In this document: piece after piece, positions 23,487-36,344 of the stretch
Numbering within the stretch: the stretch's first letter is position 1
Layout of the letters: each line of letters starts with the position of its first letter
Assembly: GCA_951406725.2 (NCBI GenBank)
Contig: OX597825.1
Coordinates: 60,636,001-60,700,000, forward strand
Origin: Octopus vulgaris
Taxonomy: Eukaryota
Reading direction: 5' to 3'
DNA: 64,000 nucleotides
Program-made: the position numbers and the translations under genes
The notes under the pieces: model-generated
What the model was told of the DNA's origin: nothing
What the model saw: the letters and a program-made list of their open reading frames with translations, nothing else
The model's database searches: none

Positions 23487-24399
23487 GCTGACACATTTTT
23501 CTGCAATATAACGCTTTTATCCTATTCACACTGCTCATGCACTATTCTGCGCTTGAGAATAAATTATCTCTATATCTGTATATCTCAATCATCTTCACAC
23601 TTCATACAAAGCAAACTTTATATATATCGTAATTTGAATAAAACTATGCCGTCCCTTATGGCAAATTTCCCAATACGGAAATATAGAGAAAATATTTAGC
23701 TGCTCATTTTCTTAAACATATACAGATTGTCTAGAAATTACCGTTATATTCTAAAAATTCAGTAAAATATGAAAATTAGGGATAGATCAGCAGAGGTAAT
23801 TGGCAAACGAAGTTCTGTTAGAAATATCCGAATAGTTCCTTGTGAGAGCTATTAGTCGTGTGCAAAAATTCTAGAGAATACGATTCAATAAATTGCGTAT
23901 GTTGTAAAGATTATTTCTGAATATCCTGTACATATCTACAACACACTTTTCATGAAATTATACCTTCTCACCGAATGTGTGGTTTGTATTCAACTTCGAA
24001 AAGCAATGATATTTGTAGATATAATTCAACACTATTCGGAGAAAACGTGGGATTAAGACACCCCAACTTGTAGATCAGATTCCATACCGTCATATTCGAA
24101 TTCGATCTAGTAGTTTTAGTCTTAAATATGTGTCTACATCACACTTTCTACACAATTATTCCGGTTGTTTTACGAAACCCTATATCATCATAAACATCTT
24201 TATTCCTAATTATGGAAAGCTATACATTGCATTAATAAAATTAGAAAAATGTGGCCCTACTTTTAAACATCAAATATTTCATTATTCACATTGGTTGCTT
24301 GATTTCATTCGTTAAATTTACTTTTTTTACCTTTCATTGCGTTCTGATTTCAACTTACCCTCATTTTAACTTTGTCTTTTCTGATATCGAGTTCCATAA

Positions 24400-24960
24400 A
24401 ATCCTTTCTGCTACTCTGCCGAAATTTCAGAGTAAGGGGGTAGTCGGTTACATTGATTCCAGTGCTCATATCGGCCGCGAATGGATGGCAGGCAAAGGTA
24501 ATGACACCGGGTTTTGAAGTCGGAACTAAAAACCAGCAAAAACGTCGCGAAATATTTTTCACAGCAATCTAATAAACCTACTAGCTTTCCACCTTTGTGT
24601 GATTGGTAAAATAAAGTACTTGTCTGGTCGATATGAACCGCTATAATCCTCCTTTTAATTTGAAATGTTGTGCCTTTGTTAGAAATTATACTTCCTTTAC
24701 GTATTGAGTTCAAATAACAACTTGGTCAATTTTACTTTTCATATTTCTAGGATCGATAAAATAAAGAACCAGTGTAGTACTGGGGCCAGTATAATCGACT
24801 ATAGTGATCAGTTTTGTATGAGATCTTGTATCTGTGTTGGAAAATATAAATGATATTTCCAGTTCTTTTTGTTCTAAATTCAATGCTCAGAAAAGTCATC
24901 ATTGCCTTCAGTCCCTTCAGGGGCAATAAAATAAAACACCAGTGGAGTACAGTAATCTGG
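24400..24960. mobile_element. Cluster of highly decayed family B SINE fragments on both strands
   Basis: Remnants ggcaaaggt...cgggttttgaagtcggaac on the minus strand, and ttttcatatttctaggatcgataaaataaagaaccag and ttgccttcagtcccttcaggggcaataaaataaaacaccag on the plus strand. Confidence 0.55.
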
Positions 24961-27900
24961 TGGCTTATATTTCTAAGATAAATCAACTGATACCATAGAA
25001 TAATGTTACCATACAAAAAAAATATGAATATCGCTCCATTTTATTCCCTTTCATATAGCCATCGCGTCTGCATAATAAAAGTGTCAGTATTTTCAGGCTT
25101 GACATTCAATGCCCTCACAAATAAAAATTGCTGTCCCCTGCAATTGCTATAGTTCCTTGTAATTCTCATTGTGTTTTTCTTTATTTCTTTCTGGCAATAA
25201 AGCAATTAAAATAGTGGAACTCAAACGTTTTTAGCTAAAAAAATGCTTAAAGCAATGAAGGTCATAACATCAAATAAAATCCAGTCAAGATGACATTTCT
25301 GTTTATTATTTTAACCAACGGAAAACTACCAACTAATGTATTTGTATACGAACCAAAGTGCCAGCGGTTTCGTGGTCTTCATTGTAACATTAAAGAACCA
25401 ATCCTAGTGAATAATATCGGAGATCAAAAACATTAAACATTACGAAGCCTTAATCATTTACCTATTTTGAAACAAAAGATGGTCAATGAATAAGCATTGT
25501 TGACGGTTTTTTAATCATTTTGTGTAATTCCAGTTAGCAATGAGCTGATTTAAGGAGGGATACGTTATAGACGTGCCCTCCGAGTCTCTTATTTTCATGC
25601 TTAATGTATATAACAGCGCTTTATCTAATTTGTTAATGTTTTAAAAATCAATTTCTGAAAGATTTGGCTGGTAATACTTATATGTCAAAGCTGTTTTCGT
25701 GTGATTATCAGAGTATATTTAATAATAGAAGTAGATATGGAAAACTGAGAATAATGCGTAATACAATCTAAACAAACTAAATGTTGATTTCGAAGAAAAA
25801 TGAATCTCTTTACAATATTTCTTTTGAAATTCTTCAGATTGTGTTATCAACTTAATACTACTGAGAGGGTTCACGAATCCATATGTAAAATATAAATCTG
25901 ACATGAAATAAAATATAAAATATAAATCTGACAAAATATTCTTGTACTTCTTTCAAATGTGAACGTTTCGATTTTAAAGGTGTGCAGACACTGCAGACGA
26001 TTTTCGATATCGATCCAAATTTATGAATTATTTGTAATTCAAAAATTCATCCTGCCCTAATTTTGATTTATAAAAAATTTCTATCATTTTTGTATGTATT
26101 ATTTTAACACTACACCCTCTTTTCGAAGCAGGTAACAGTATTAGGATTAAGGGCGGTTTTAACTTCACTTTTGTGAGGTGAATACCATTCCGTCACGTAT
26201 GATAGATATTATTTAAATTTTATATCTTCAACTGAAAACGAAAGGCAAAATTTCCTTTTGAATATTTATTTCAGTTCGAATTTAGGAGTTGAATTACAAT
26301 TCAAGTTTCTAAATGTTTTATTTTTATTAAAATACTCGTGTCTCTATTTTGATCTATAGCGAAATTACATCTAAACAAAAAATTTTGTGATCATAAAATA
26401 GATCCCTTTTGTGAAATTTACTTACCTTCATTTGCATTCAGTTTTCAAGTCTCGCCGCGTGCAAATGAACCTCAAGTTAAATAAAGTGCCAAACGTTTTA
26501 TAGTTGCACTACATCTTGCTGTTTTGTAAGGTCTTGCTCTTCTTGCATCTATATTAGATTTCAAAACAGTTCCTTCTCTCGTTGCTTCTATTTTATTGTG
26601 GTGATTCGCCTCCCAGCAGTAAGCCCGTGGTCTCATCCTATCTAATTTACAGTGTTGCTATTAAGTTCCTGTTCTCGTGGCACCTATTTTTAACTACTCA
26701 CAAGCTGTTCCACTTAACTATTAAGACAACCATATTACAACTAACATAATAGATACAAGTGGGTGTAGGCTGATACTATAACAATTAAATCATCTTTAAG
26801 TGTGGTAGAATGAAATCCAGAGTCCTGATAACCAAGTCGGCTGCAAGAAATGCATTACAATATTAGGGAACGTGTTCCCTAACGATGTGAATACTCTTGT
26901 CCTTCGGTAATATTTTCTTTGTCTTACAACACTGTCTTTTTTATACTTAAAATTTTGAATATGTCTGGCTGTCTTTGATTAAAACGTTCTCTTTCTCTAC
27001 ACTGTCAGTTCCTCTTCCTATCACTTATCATACATTCTATTTTACTGTAACGGTTACCACTCTTGTCCCTCCTATAAACCTCAGGCGCTTCTTTCTCACT
27101 TTCTCTCTATCACTCTCAGTCTCCGTCACACAGCCTTCACACTCCAAACCTCACTCCTTACCTCTTTCTTTTACTACAATTAACTTCTCATCCACTTCCG
27201 GTGACACCTTTTAATCCTTTTAATCTATTCAGTCATTCTTAACTTACAAATTCATTACTTGAACATTCTGCTGAACGATTTGTTTGCGAAACGTCATGTT
27301 ACATCCCTTGCGGCAACCGAACTTACAGTGACATTCAAACTTTCTTCGTCTAAGTCTTAGCTTATGAATATACAATTTACATATAATCTTTTATATAATG
27401 CCAGTTATATTTATTTTCAACTGTTATCATACTTCAAGTAGATTTTGTAAATTATAGTGTCGCTTCAGCTGGAGACTTAACTCTACGATATCAATTGAGT
27501 TTCTCCGGAGAATTATTAGGTTATGTATTTCTGTATATTTGTATTTCGCATTTCTTCATTGCTGTTTGTAATATGTCAACAAAACGGAGCAAGTGTTTTT
27601 GTTCATGAAAATCAAATTTCCTGCATTTAGCATCCAGGAATAGTTTGCCATCTTACCTAATAAACGAACTATGTTCAGAAAAATATAGAAGTGAGACGAA
27701 GGTTGACAAGAAAAGGAATCTCAATATATAAGATAACCTCAAGAAATTTGCGTATGTATATATGGCGTCTGTAAATAGATGATTTCATAACTGGATCTTC
27801 GACATATGGTAATAAACAGACGCTGTCCGAATCAGCGGAAGTCAGTAGATATATACATGAAATATCGGCAGTGAAAGCAAGTTTTCTGTACAGAAGGAAT

Positions 27901-28430
27901 TCAAAATAATATTTTCGGGCGTCAATAAGACTTGGTTTAATATAGGAAATATTTTCCTGGTATCAACAATAGCTAACTCAGAAAATAAATATACAACAGC
28001 AGACAAGGATCTGAGAGTAAGATTAATTTTGTTTCGTAAACTGCTTTTGGACAGATAGAAATCTTTAGAAAACAATGGAAAGCAAAAGCAATAGAGAACT
28101 ATGATCAATATCTTATAATTTGCTACGTCGTTTTACTTTTACGTTCAGATCTCACTTATGTCGATTTTACCTTTCATCACGATATGTTCGGAGGAATAAA
28201 ATACTTGTAATAGAATGTCAAATATTAAAACACACTGTTGACGTTGTTTATTCTTAAGGCATTCCTGCTATGCCTGTCCCGGATGTTAGTAAATCGAAGA
28301 TCATGTTATCCACTGTGTTTGTCGTTGTGTCACTTCTTTTTGTTTATGCTGGTTTGCTGTATAATTAGAGACATTTCACTGCTGTTTCTACCTGGTTGTG
28401 AGATCATGTAGAAGCTCTCTTGTTGATTCG

Positions 28431-28818
28431 TAGGAGTTGCTGTGTGGTAAGTAGCTTGCATACCAACCACATGGTTCCGGGTTCAGTCCCACTGCGTGGA
28501 ACCTTGGGCAAGTGTCTTCTACTATAGCCTCGGGCCGACCAAAGCCTTGTGACTGGATTTGGCAGAGGGAAATTGAAAGAAGCCCGTCGTAAATATGTGC
28601 ATATATATATATATATGTAGGTCCCGGGTAGAGTCGGGGTTAACCACAGTAAATAAGGTACTCAATACATAGCAGAGTAAATTAATTTATTTTATAGAAG
28701 GGGCTTCTACAGGACTAGAACTTATTCATTCAAATCAAATCATCAGGCTTCCTGATGATTTCATTTGAATGAAACAGTTTTAGTCCTGTAGTAGCTCCTT
28801 CTATAAAATAAATATATA

Positions 28819-28854
<36 letters not shown>

Positions 28855-29031
28855 TGTATGTATGTATGTATGTATGTATGTATCTACGCGTGTGTGTATA
28901 TGTTTCTGTGTTTGTGTTTGTCCCTCAACATCGCTTGACAACCGATGCTGGTGTGTTTACGTCCACGTAACTTAGTGGTTCGGCAAAATAGACCGATAGA
29001 ATAAGTACTACGCTTACAAAGAATAAGTCCT
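28431..29031 (+). mobile_element. SINE family A, 3'-truncated, interrupted in its microsatellite by a Penelope-like insert
   Basis: The 5' half (28431-28600) and 3' half (28890-29031) match family A. A foreign ~200 bp segment sits at 28617-28813. Confidence 0.88.
28747..28795 (+). ncRNA. Type I hammerhead ribozyme motif (Penelope-like terminal repeat)
   Basis: gcttc-CTGATGA-tttcatttgaat-GAAACAG-ttttagtc-CTGTA-gtagc. The core is complete, stem III is ACAG/CTGT, the cleavage triplet is GUA, and stem I is gcttc/g(t)agc (the inverted copy has gaagc). Confidence 0.75.
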
Positions 29032-29979
29032 GTGTGGGGGGTGTATGTATATATGTATACGTGTATATGTGTGTGTTTATGTTTGTGCGTGTGTTCATAT
29101 AATGTGTTTCAGTTTTTCTGTTTATTTCTATATTTTCAATATAAACGTATATACACTTCAGCTGCACATATTTAGGATTGTTTTGAATGTCAGTGATTTG
29201 TCTGAACAGCTGTATGTGTGTGTTGTGTGCATGTTCGATTTACATACACATATACAAACACGCACGTACATAGGCACCCTCAGACACATCGGCATACACA
29301 CACACGCACGCACGCACACATGCACACGCACTCAAGGCTATACACATAGGTGCACCTATCCAAAACGTAAATTGTAATACAACGTACATATGTTACTGTA
29401 GCTTTTTAAAATACTACAAATTTCCAACTGGGAAATTCCTAAGTTATTCAAAAGTAATTATGGAAATTTGATTTTCATTTGCAATATAATTTTATTCTGA
29501 CCTCATTTGCATTTTGTGATGGCAACATTAAGATATGCCGAAACTTTAAGTACTAGCTGTTTGAATACTTCTTATGGATTTTAATTTTGTTTCTAAAGGT
29601 TGAAGTTGTTATTAGAGTTTCTGGAAGTGATTAATGAATTAATTTTATTTTGCTTTAAAATACCCAGTTCATTGGACTTCTTTTATGATGCCCACGGGAG
29701 TGATAAAGAACACATGATTTAGGAGAAACAATGCACGCTAATATCTTTTATTTCTATCATAAATTTTTTATGAACTGCAGGTGGTATCACGCTACGTGGC
29801 TGTATGATCAGTCATTGATATTTGCAGACGGGTGCTACATGATTTATCTGTGGGTGATTTCCAGCATTCATAGAATAATTCGACTTGTGAGGTATACAAA
29901 TCTACAAGGTAGTTATCAAGAATAATTTTGCGAAGACTCAGACATTCGTTCTCTCATTGGAGTTTTCCCCGTGCACTTT

Positions 29980-30194
29980 CTTTTTCTTTTACTCTTTTAT
30001 TTTGTTTTAGTCATTTGACTGCGGCCATGCTAGAGCACAGCATTTAGTTGAGCAAATCGACCCCAGGACTTTTCTTTGTAAGCCTAATACTTATTCTATC
30101 GGTCTCTCTTGCCGAACCGCTAAGTTACGGGGAGGTAAAGACACCAGCATCGTCAAGCGACGTTGGGGGTACAAACACAGACACACAAACATAT

Positions 30195-30241
<47 letters not shown>

Positions 30242-30249
30242 GACACAGA

Positions 30250-30293
<44 letters not shown>

Positions 30294-30449
30294 ATAACTT
30301 TCGGTTTCCGTATACTAAATCCACTCACAAGGTTTTGGTTGGCCCGAAGCTATAGTAGAAGACACTTACCCATGGTGCCACGCAGTGGGACTGAACTCAG
30401 AACCATATGGTTGGTAAGCAAGCTACTTACAACACAGTCACTACTGCGT
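29980..30449 (-). mobile_element. SINE family A, internal (CA)n
   Basis: Matches the family. A second 3'-only fragment follows at about 30480-30655. Confidence 0.88.
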
Positions 30450-30679
30450 TTATGCACTCTGCATATTAGTGAAATATCATTTTTTTTATTCCTTTACTTG
30501 TTCCAGTCATAAACTGCGGCCATGCTGGAACACCGACTTCTAGGGTTTTAGTCAAAGAAATCCATTCCAGCGCTTATTTTTTAAAGCCTAGTACTTATTT
30601 TATTGGGCTTTTTGCCGAACCGTTATGTTACGGGGACGTTAACTAACCAACACCAAACGTCAGGAACCGCTACATCTCT

Positions 30680-30900
30680 GCATTGGGAGATCACGGTTCC
30701 AGTAATACAAACATGTTAGAATATCAAATGAAGAAGAGGAAGACAGATTCTACAAGCTGAGCCAACTAGCAAGAGAGTTTGAGGACCAAGGCTGAGATGG
30801 ACGGATAATATCTATAGACTTAAAAGGTCACGCTTGAGAATCCAGTCAGTCGTCGAATGAGGACTGATGCTGATAAAACTCTATAGGATTTGTAGGTACC
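30680..30900 (+). mobile_element. Decayed RTE-like LINE 3' fragment
   Basis: Translates RQILQAEPTSKRV*GPRLRWTDNISIDL, resembling the post-RT GxRxxGRPxxRWxD motif. Confidence 0.6.
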
Positions 30901-30914
30901 AGAGGATTCATATG

Positions 30915-31317
30915 TCTTTGTTGCTAAACATAGACGACAAACAAGGACAGGAAAAGGGACTAAGATGATTACATCGACCCCAGTGTGTAAGTAACTGGTA
31001 CTTATTTAATCGACACCGAAAGGATGAAAAGCAAAGTCGACCGCGGCGGAATTTGAACTCAGTACGTAGCGGCAGACGAAATACCAATTTCTTTACTACC
31101 CAGAAGGGGCTAAACACAGAGGGGACAAACAAGAACAAACAAACGGGTTAAGTCGATTTTATCGACCCCAGTGCATAACTGGTACTTAATTTATCGATCC
31201 CGAAAGGATGAAAGGCAAAGTCGACCTCGGCGGAATTTGAACTCAGAACGTAACGGCAGGCGAAATACGGCTACGCATTTAGCCCGGTGTACTGACCCTT
31301 TTGCCAGCTCGCCGCCA
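30915..31317 (-). mobile_element. SINE family B, two internal units
   Basis: Head ggcggcgagctggcaaaag. The core aaggatgaaa(a/g)gcaaagtcgac occurs at about 31020 and 31205. Confidence 0.88.
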
Positions 31318-31729
31318 TAGGATTCTACCCGCATGAACCATCTCAAAAAACAGTGAGCAGAGAATATGGATACATGAATATTGAGTATAGTAATGCTAGA
31401 TGCATGCACAGCGTGAATATGGGATTGTCATGGATAGAAGTTCTTAGATACTAGGCGTATTCGATCAAGATTGGCGAAGGAACAACAACAAAAACAAAAA
31501 CACCAGCAAAAAATATTTATGCCATTGGGTAGACTCAACCGGCTTTATAGCAAGACAATTGTGGTTAATACGAATGTCATTCTCTTTCATTTGTGTCAGA
31601 TATCTGCAGAGTTTGGTTCTCCTCATCTCTTCAATATTTCTACTCAATCACAATTTTTGTTTCTACATCGTTGTGTATCTTGAATCAATACTTCTTAGCT
31701 GCATTTTACAACCCGCCCCGCCGCAAATG

Positions 31730-31778
<49 letters not shown>

Positions 31779-31839
31779 CGTATAAATACACACACAAACA
31801 CAGATATATATACATAGATACATACATACATACATATAC

Positions 31840-31895
<56 letters not shown>

Positions 31896-32492
31896 ACATA
31901 TCAAAATATAATATTATCTATGTAATCGCTATATATATTTATATATGTGTATTTATTTTTATATATACATATATAGTGATGATATATTGAATAACTTCTG
32001 CTACTAATCGTACTTCTTAGTTGCCTGGCAACACCAGAAAAATATAGCAAAATTTGTCACATGTGATCTGACGTCTGAAGTGGTGGAATCTGAACTAGAT
32101 CCAAAATGTCAAAGGTTTCTTTTCATCAATAATTCCTATTGAAGTATTTATGGTGAATACAACATTCTGTTCAACCATCTAATTTTTTTTTTTATTTAAG
32201 ATAGATATTTTTATAATTATTTTAAGCATTTATGTTCATTTCAGTAATAAAACACTCATTTTCTATTTTACTTACGATATGTGTCTTTTTGTAAGATTTT
32301 GTTTTTAAAGATCATATATGTAGCACATTATTTTGCTTTCGTTTCAAGTTCACTTATCTTCTATTTCATTGCATAAACATTTTTCACTGTAACACAACAA
32401 AGTAGGGAAAAGCACATACACACACATGCATGCTCACACGCACACACAGACACACACACGCACACACACAAACACACGTATAGTTATTTATA

Positions 32493-32880
32493 CTCTTTAC
32501 TCTTTCTCTTTTACTCTTTTGCTTGTTTCAGTCATTTGACTGTAGTCATACGGGAGCACCGCCTTTAGTTGAGCAAATCGACGGCAGCACTTATTCTTTG
32601 TAAACCTAGTACTTATTCTATCGGGCTCTTTTGGCGAACCGCTATGTTACGGGGACATAAACACACCAGCATCGGTTGTCAAGCGATTTTGGAGGGACAC
32701 ACAGACACACAAACATACACACACATATACATACATATATATATACGACGGACGTCGTCTAAAAATCCGCTCACAAGGCTTTGGTCGGCCCGTGGCTATA
32801 GTGGAAGACATTTGCCCAAGGTGACAAGCAGTGGGTCTGAACCCGGAACCATGCTACTACCACACACCCACTCCTACACC
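32493..32880 (-). mobile_element. SINE family A with small deletions
   Basis: Matches the family A head and tail. Confidence 0.85.
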
Positions 32881-33062
32881 TAAGTAATAATTTTAGATTT
32901 ATGCATGCCGTTTAAAGCATGTATACTGTCTTCAGTTACCTGATGTCATCAACATTATGGATATAATGTCACTGGATTCACTTCTTGAATACCTTCCTTT
33001 TCCGTCAAGTTATAAATATATACATGCGTGTGTATATAGAAGTGCATAACTATCCGTATATC

Positions 33063-33473
33063 TTATTTCTTTACTGCCCACAAGGGGCTACACACAGGGG
33101 ACAAACATGAAGAACAAACGGATTAAGTCGATTATATCGACCTCAGTGTGTAACTGGTACTTATTTAATCGACCCCGAAATGAATAAAGTCAAAGTCGAC
33201 CTAGGCGGAATTTGAACTCAGAACGTAGCGGCAGATGAAATACCTATTTCTTTACTACCCACAAGGGGCTAAACACACAGAGGACAAATAAGAACAGACA
33301 AACGGATTAAGTCGATTATATCGACCCCAGTGCGTAACTGGTATTTATTTAATCGACCCCGAAAGGATGAAAGGCAAAGTCGACCTCGGCGGAATTTGAA
33401 CTCAGAACGTAACGGCAGACGAAATATCGCGAAGCATTTCGTCCAGCGTGCTAACGTTTCTGGCAACTCGCCT
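33063..33473 (-). mobile_element. SINE family B, two ~181 bp internal units
   Basis: tttctttact(g/a)cccacaaggggcta occurs at 33066 and 33247. The head ends at about 33473. Confidence 0.9.
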
Positions 33474-33488
33474 ATCCGTGCATCTATC

Positions 33489-33522
<34 letters not shown>

Positions 33523-33934
33523 TATATGGACAGGATATACGCGTATGAAGGTAAATGTGCGTGTATTCATGTGTGACACTGTGTCCATGAGCACGCGCGT
33601 TGTGCGCTGTGAGTGAGATATTGAATCAACAAATATATCACCCTGATTATAAACATGTGTATGATGAAGCATATACATAGAAAATAAAAGCAAATTGAAA
33701 GAAACCAGAGGAAGAATATATAATTTACAATTATATGAGTAAAACGATCGCATATCATGCATGTTTTCTAAGCACTAATGTTGTTCTATTTTTACCAAGA
33801 CATAAATATATGAAATACACACTCTGTGGACATTATCTTTGTAATAATGAACATACTGGAAGGTGTCGATTAATGAGAGGAAAACCTCGAAAATAACCTA
33901 TGCTAAAATTAATTTAGTATTTGGAAATTTTCTG

Positions 33935-34210
33935 ATCAACGGTACAGCCTGCTAATGAAATTAATGTGCAAGTGGTTGAGCACTCCACAGAAACTCGTAC
34001 ATTTAATGTAGTTCCCTGTGAGATTCAGCGTGACACAGAATGTGACAAGGCAGTCCCTTTTGAATTACGGGTGGTTCTCATATTTGCCAAGTGAGCGAAC
34101 TGGAGCAACGTGAATTAAAACGTTTGGTCAAGGATAAAACGCGCCGTCGGGAATCGAACTCGTGACTTTCCGATCGTGAGCTGAATCCCTAACAACTAAG
34201 CCACGCACAT
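33935..34210 (-). mobile_element. SINE family D: different tRNA head and body, same tail type 2 as 14975-15363
   Basis: Reverse strand gtgcgtggcttagttgttaggg...gagttcgattccc...tcacgttgctccagttcgctca, then ccttgtcacattctgtgtcacgctgaatctc...ctgtggagtgctcaaccacttgcac. Confidence 0.8.
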
Positions 34211-34889
34211 ACAAAATATTAACCATAAAACTCTTAGAAATATTACGATTTATTTTCTCGACATAAACTTTCAGATGGAAGATGACAGATACATCACTTT
34301 CCTGTCTCTCAAATATAAAAATAATGCATATACTTTATATAGAGATAGCGACTGTTGACTTAAGCAGAAAATATCTGTACTAAAATTTCTACTCAGAATA
34401 TCATTTCAGTTCCTTCTAAAACAATTCACTTGTTAAAGAAATTCATAGAATAAAGAAAACACAGATCGACAAAACTATTAGGACAAGACGCAGATCAATA
34501 TGAACTGAACGCAATGCAAAAATATATCATACACAACATTAAATATTTAAAAGACATGTATAAAATGTAATATATGCAGAAAATTGTAATTAAGTAAAGA
34601 ATAAATGAACGCATTATCAAAAACTTCTTAAATTAATAAATATTCGAATAAATTTCAGAATACGATTAATGATGTACTAAGAAACACTACAATTAAAATC
34701 TGCTTATTAATAACGAGCTACAAACATGGAAACTCACGAATCTATCATGAACGATCATTGCAAAATAAAATGCCTAAACATCGAAATGCCAGCTGTTATT
34801 TTGATCTTAAAACTAAACTTTCTCTCACGGTTCAAAACTACAGTGTGATCCAAAACGCACGCACCAAAATATTTCATATTTTATCAATA

Positions 34890-34955
34890 TAATGCTATTA
34901 TTATCATTGTTGCTTTTATTGTTGTTGTTGTTGCTATTATTATTATTATTATTAA

Positions 34956-35015
<60 letters not shown>

Positions 35016-35018
35016 TAC

Positions 35019-35066
<48 letters not shown>

Positions 35067-35233
35067 TATTATTATTATTATTATTATTATTGAGTGAGAG
35101 AGTAGTGCATGCCATCAAAGTGACACTGGGGTAAAATATACGAAGCCCTGTATACTCATCTTGACTACCCGTCTCATAAGGGTACACTGGGCACATGCAT
35201 CGCAACCATATGCTATTATTATTATTATTATTA

Positions 35234-35289
<56 letters not shown>

Positions 35290-35302
35290 GTTATTATTAT
35301 CA
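34890..35302. repeat. (ATT)n microsatellite interrupted by a 120 bp non-repetitive insert
   Basis: Directly visible. The insert is at 35092-35213. Confidence 0.9.
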
Positions 35303-35611
35303 ATGTCATCTTTCAGTTTTGTTTCCATTTCTTGCCGAGTGTCTTCCTGACACCTGGAGCAGAGAAACCCACTGTAATAAGTGGTAGGCCAAAATAATAA
35401 CACACCAGATTGTTCATTTACAAAGTCCTGTGATAGAGAAAAAAGGGGAAGAAAAACAGAAAGAAAAAACGAGAAAATGAAGAGAAATAAACAAAAAAGT
35501 AAACGGGAAAACAGGAAAGAAAATTCACAGCGACGATGCTCTTCTCAGTAAGTGTGACGTTCTAGTTAGTCCCCCCAAACATCATCATTATCATCGTCGT
35601 TGTTGTTGTTG

Positions 35612-35649
<38 letters not shown>

Positions 35650-35739
35650 GTTGTTATTATTATTACTGTCATGGACTCAGAAAAATGACTGAAACAAATA
35701 CAAGAATGAAATAATATATATAACGTATGTACGTACATA

Positions 35740-36118
35740 TCTTTTAGCTTTTATTTGTTAATTGTTTTAGTAATTAGATTGCGGTCATGCTGGGCACCGC
35801 TCTGAGGGATTTTTGCTAGAATGGATCGACATTAGTACTTATTTTCTATAAAGCCTCGTACTGATTCTATCGCTTTTTTTGCCAAACCGCTAAGTTAGGA
35901 GGACGTAAACCTGTTGTAAAGCGGTGTAGGGTGGACAAAGAGAAGCAGAAACTCACATACATAAATATATGTATATACATATATAATGACGGTCTTCTTT
36001 TAATTTCTCTCTATCACATCCACTCACAAGGATTAAGTCATCCATGGCCCACGCAGTGGGAATGAACCCAGAAGCATGTGGTTGGGAAGCAAGCATCTAA
36101 CTTCGCAACCGCCCCTGC
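35740..36118 (-). mobile_element. Diverged SINE family A
   Basis: gcggtcatgctgggcaccgc...gccaaaccgctaagtta...ccactcacaagg...cgcagtgggaatgaaccc. Confidence 0.7.
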
Positions 36119-36152
36119 GATGTGTGTTCGTGGGTGTGGGTGTGTGGGTGTG

Positions 36153-36204
<52 letters not shown>

Positions 36205-36344
36205 GTTGTGTGTGTGTATTTGTGTGTGCCTTAAAACATCCTGGAAGAAATACCTCAGATAGTCCAGTGGCGGCAGTTTGAACAGAAAGTAGGTATATTA
36301 AATAGCATTAGGGTTAATTCGTGATTTATTGTGATTATCGTCAC

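Larger units (their letters stand above)
22978..23640. repeat. ~303 bp unit present as a partial tandem plus an inverted, circularly permuted copy
   Basis: 22981-23031 recurs at 23284-23334. 23335-23639 is the reverse complement of the unit read from a different start point. Confidence 0.9.

Noticed and set aside
26470-26640. 54-codon minus-strand open frame (MRPRAYCWEANHHNKIEATREG...)
   Set aside because: It is short, has no recognisable domain, and has no clear splice sites.
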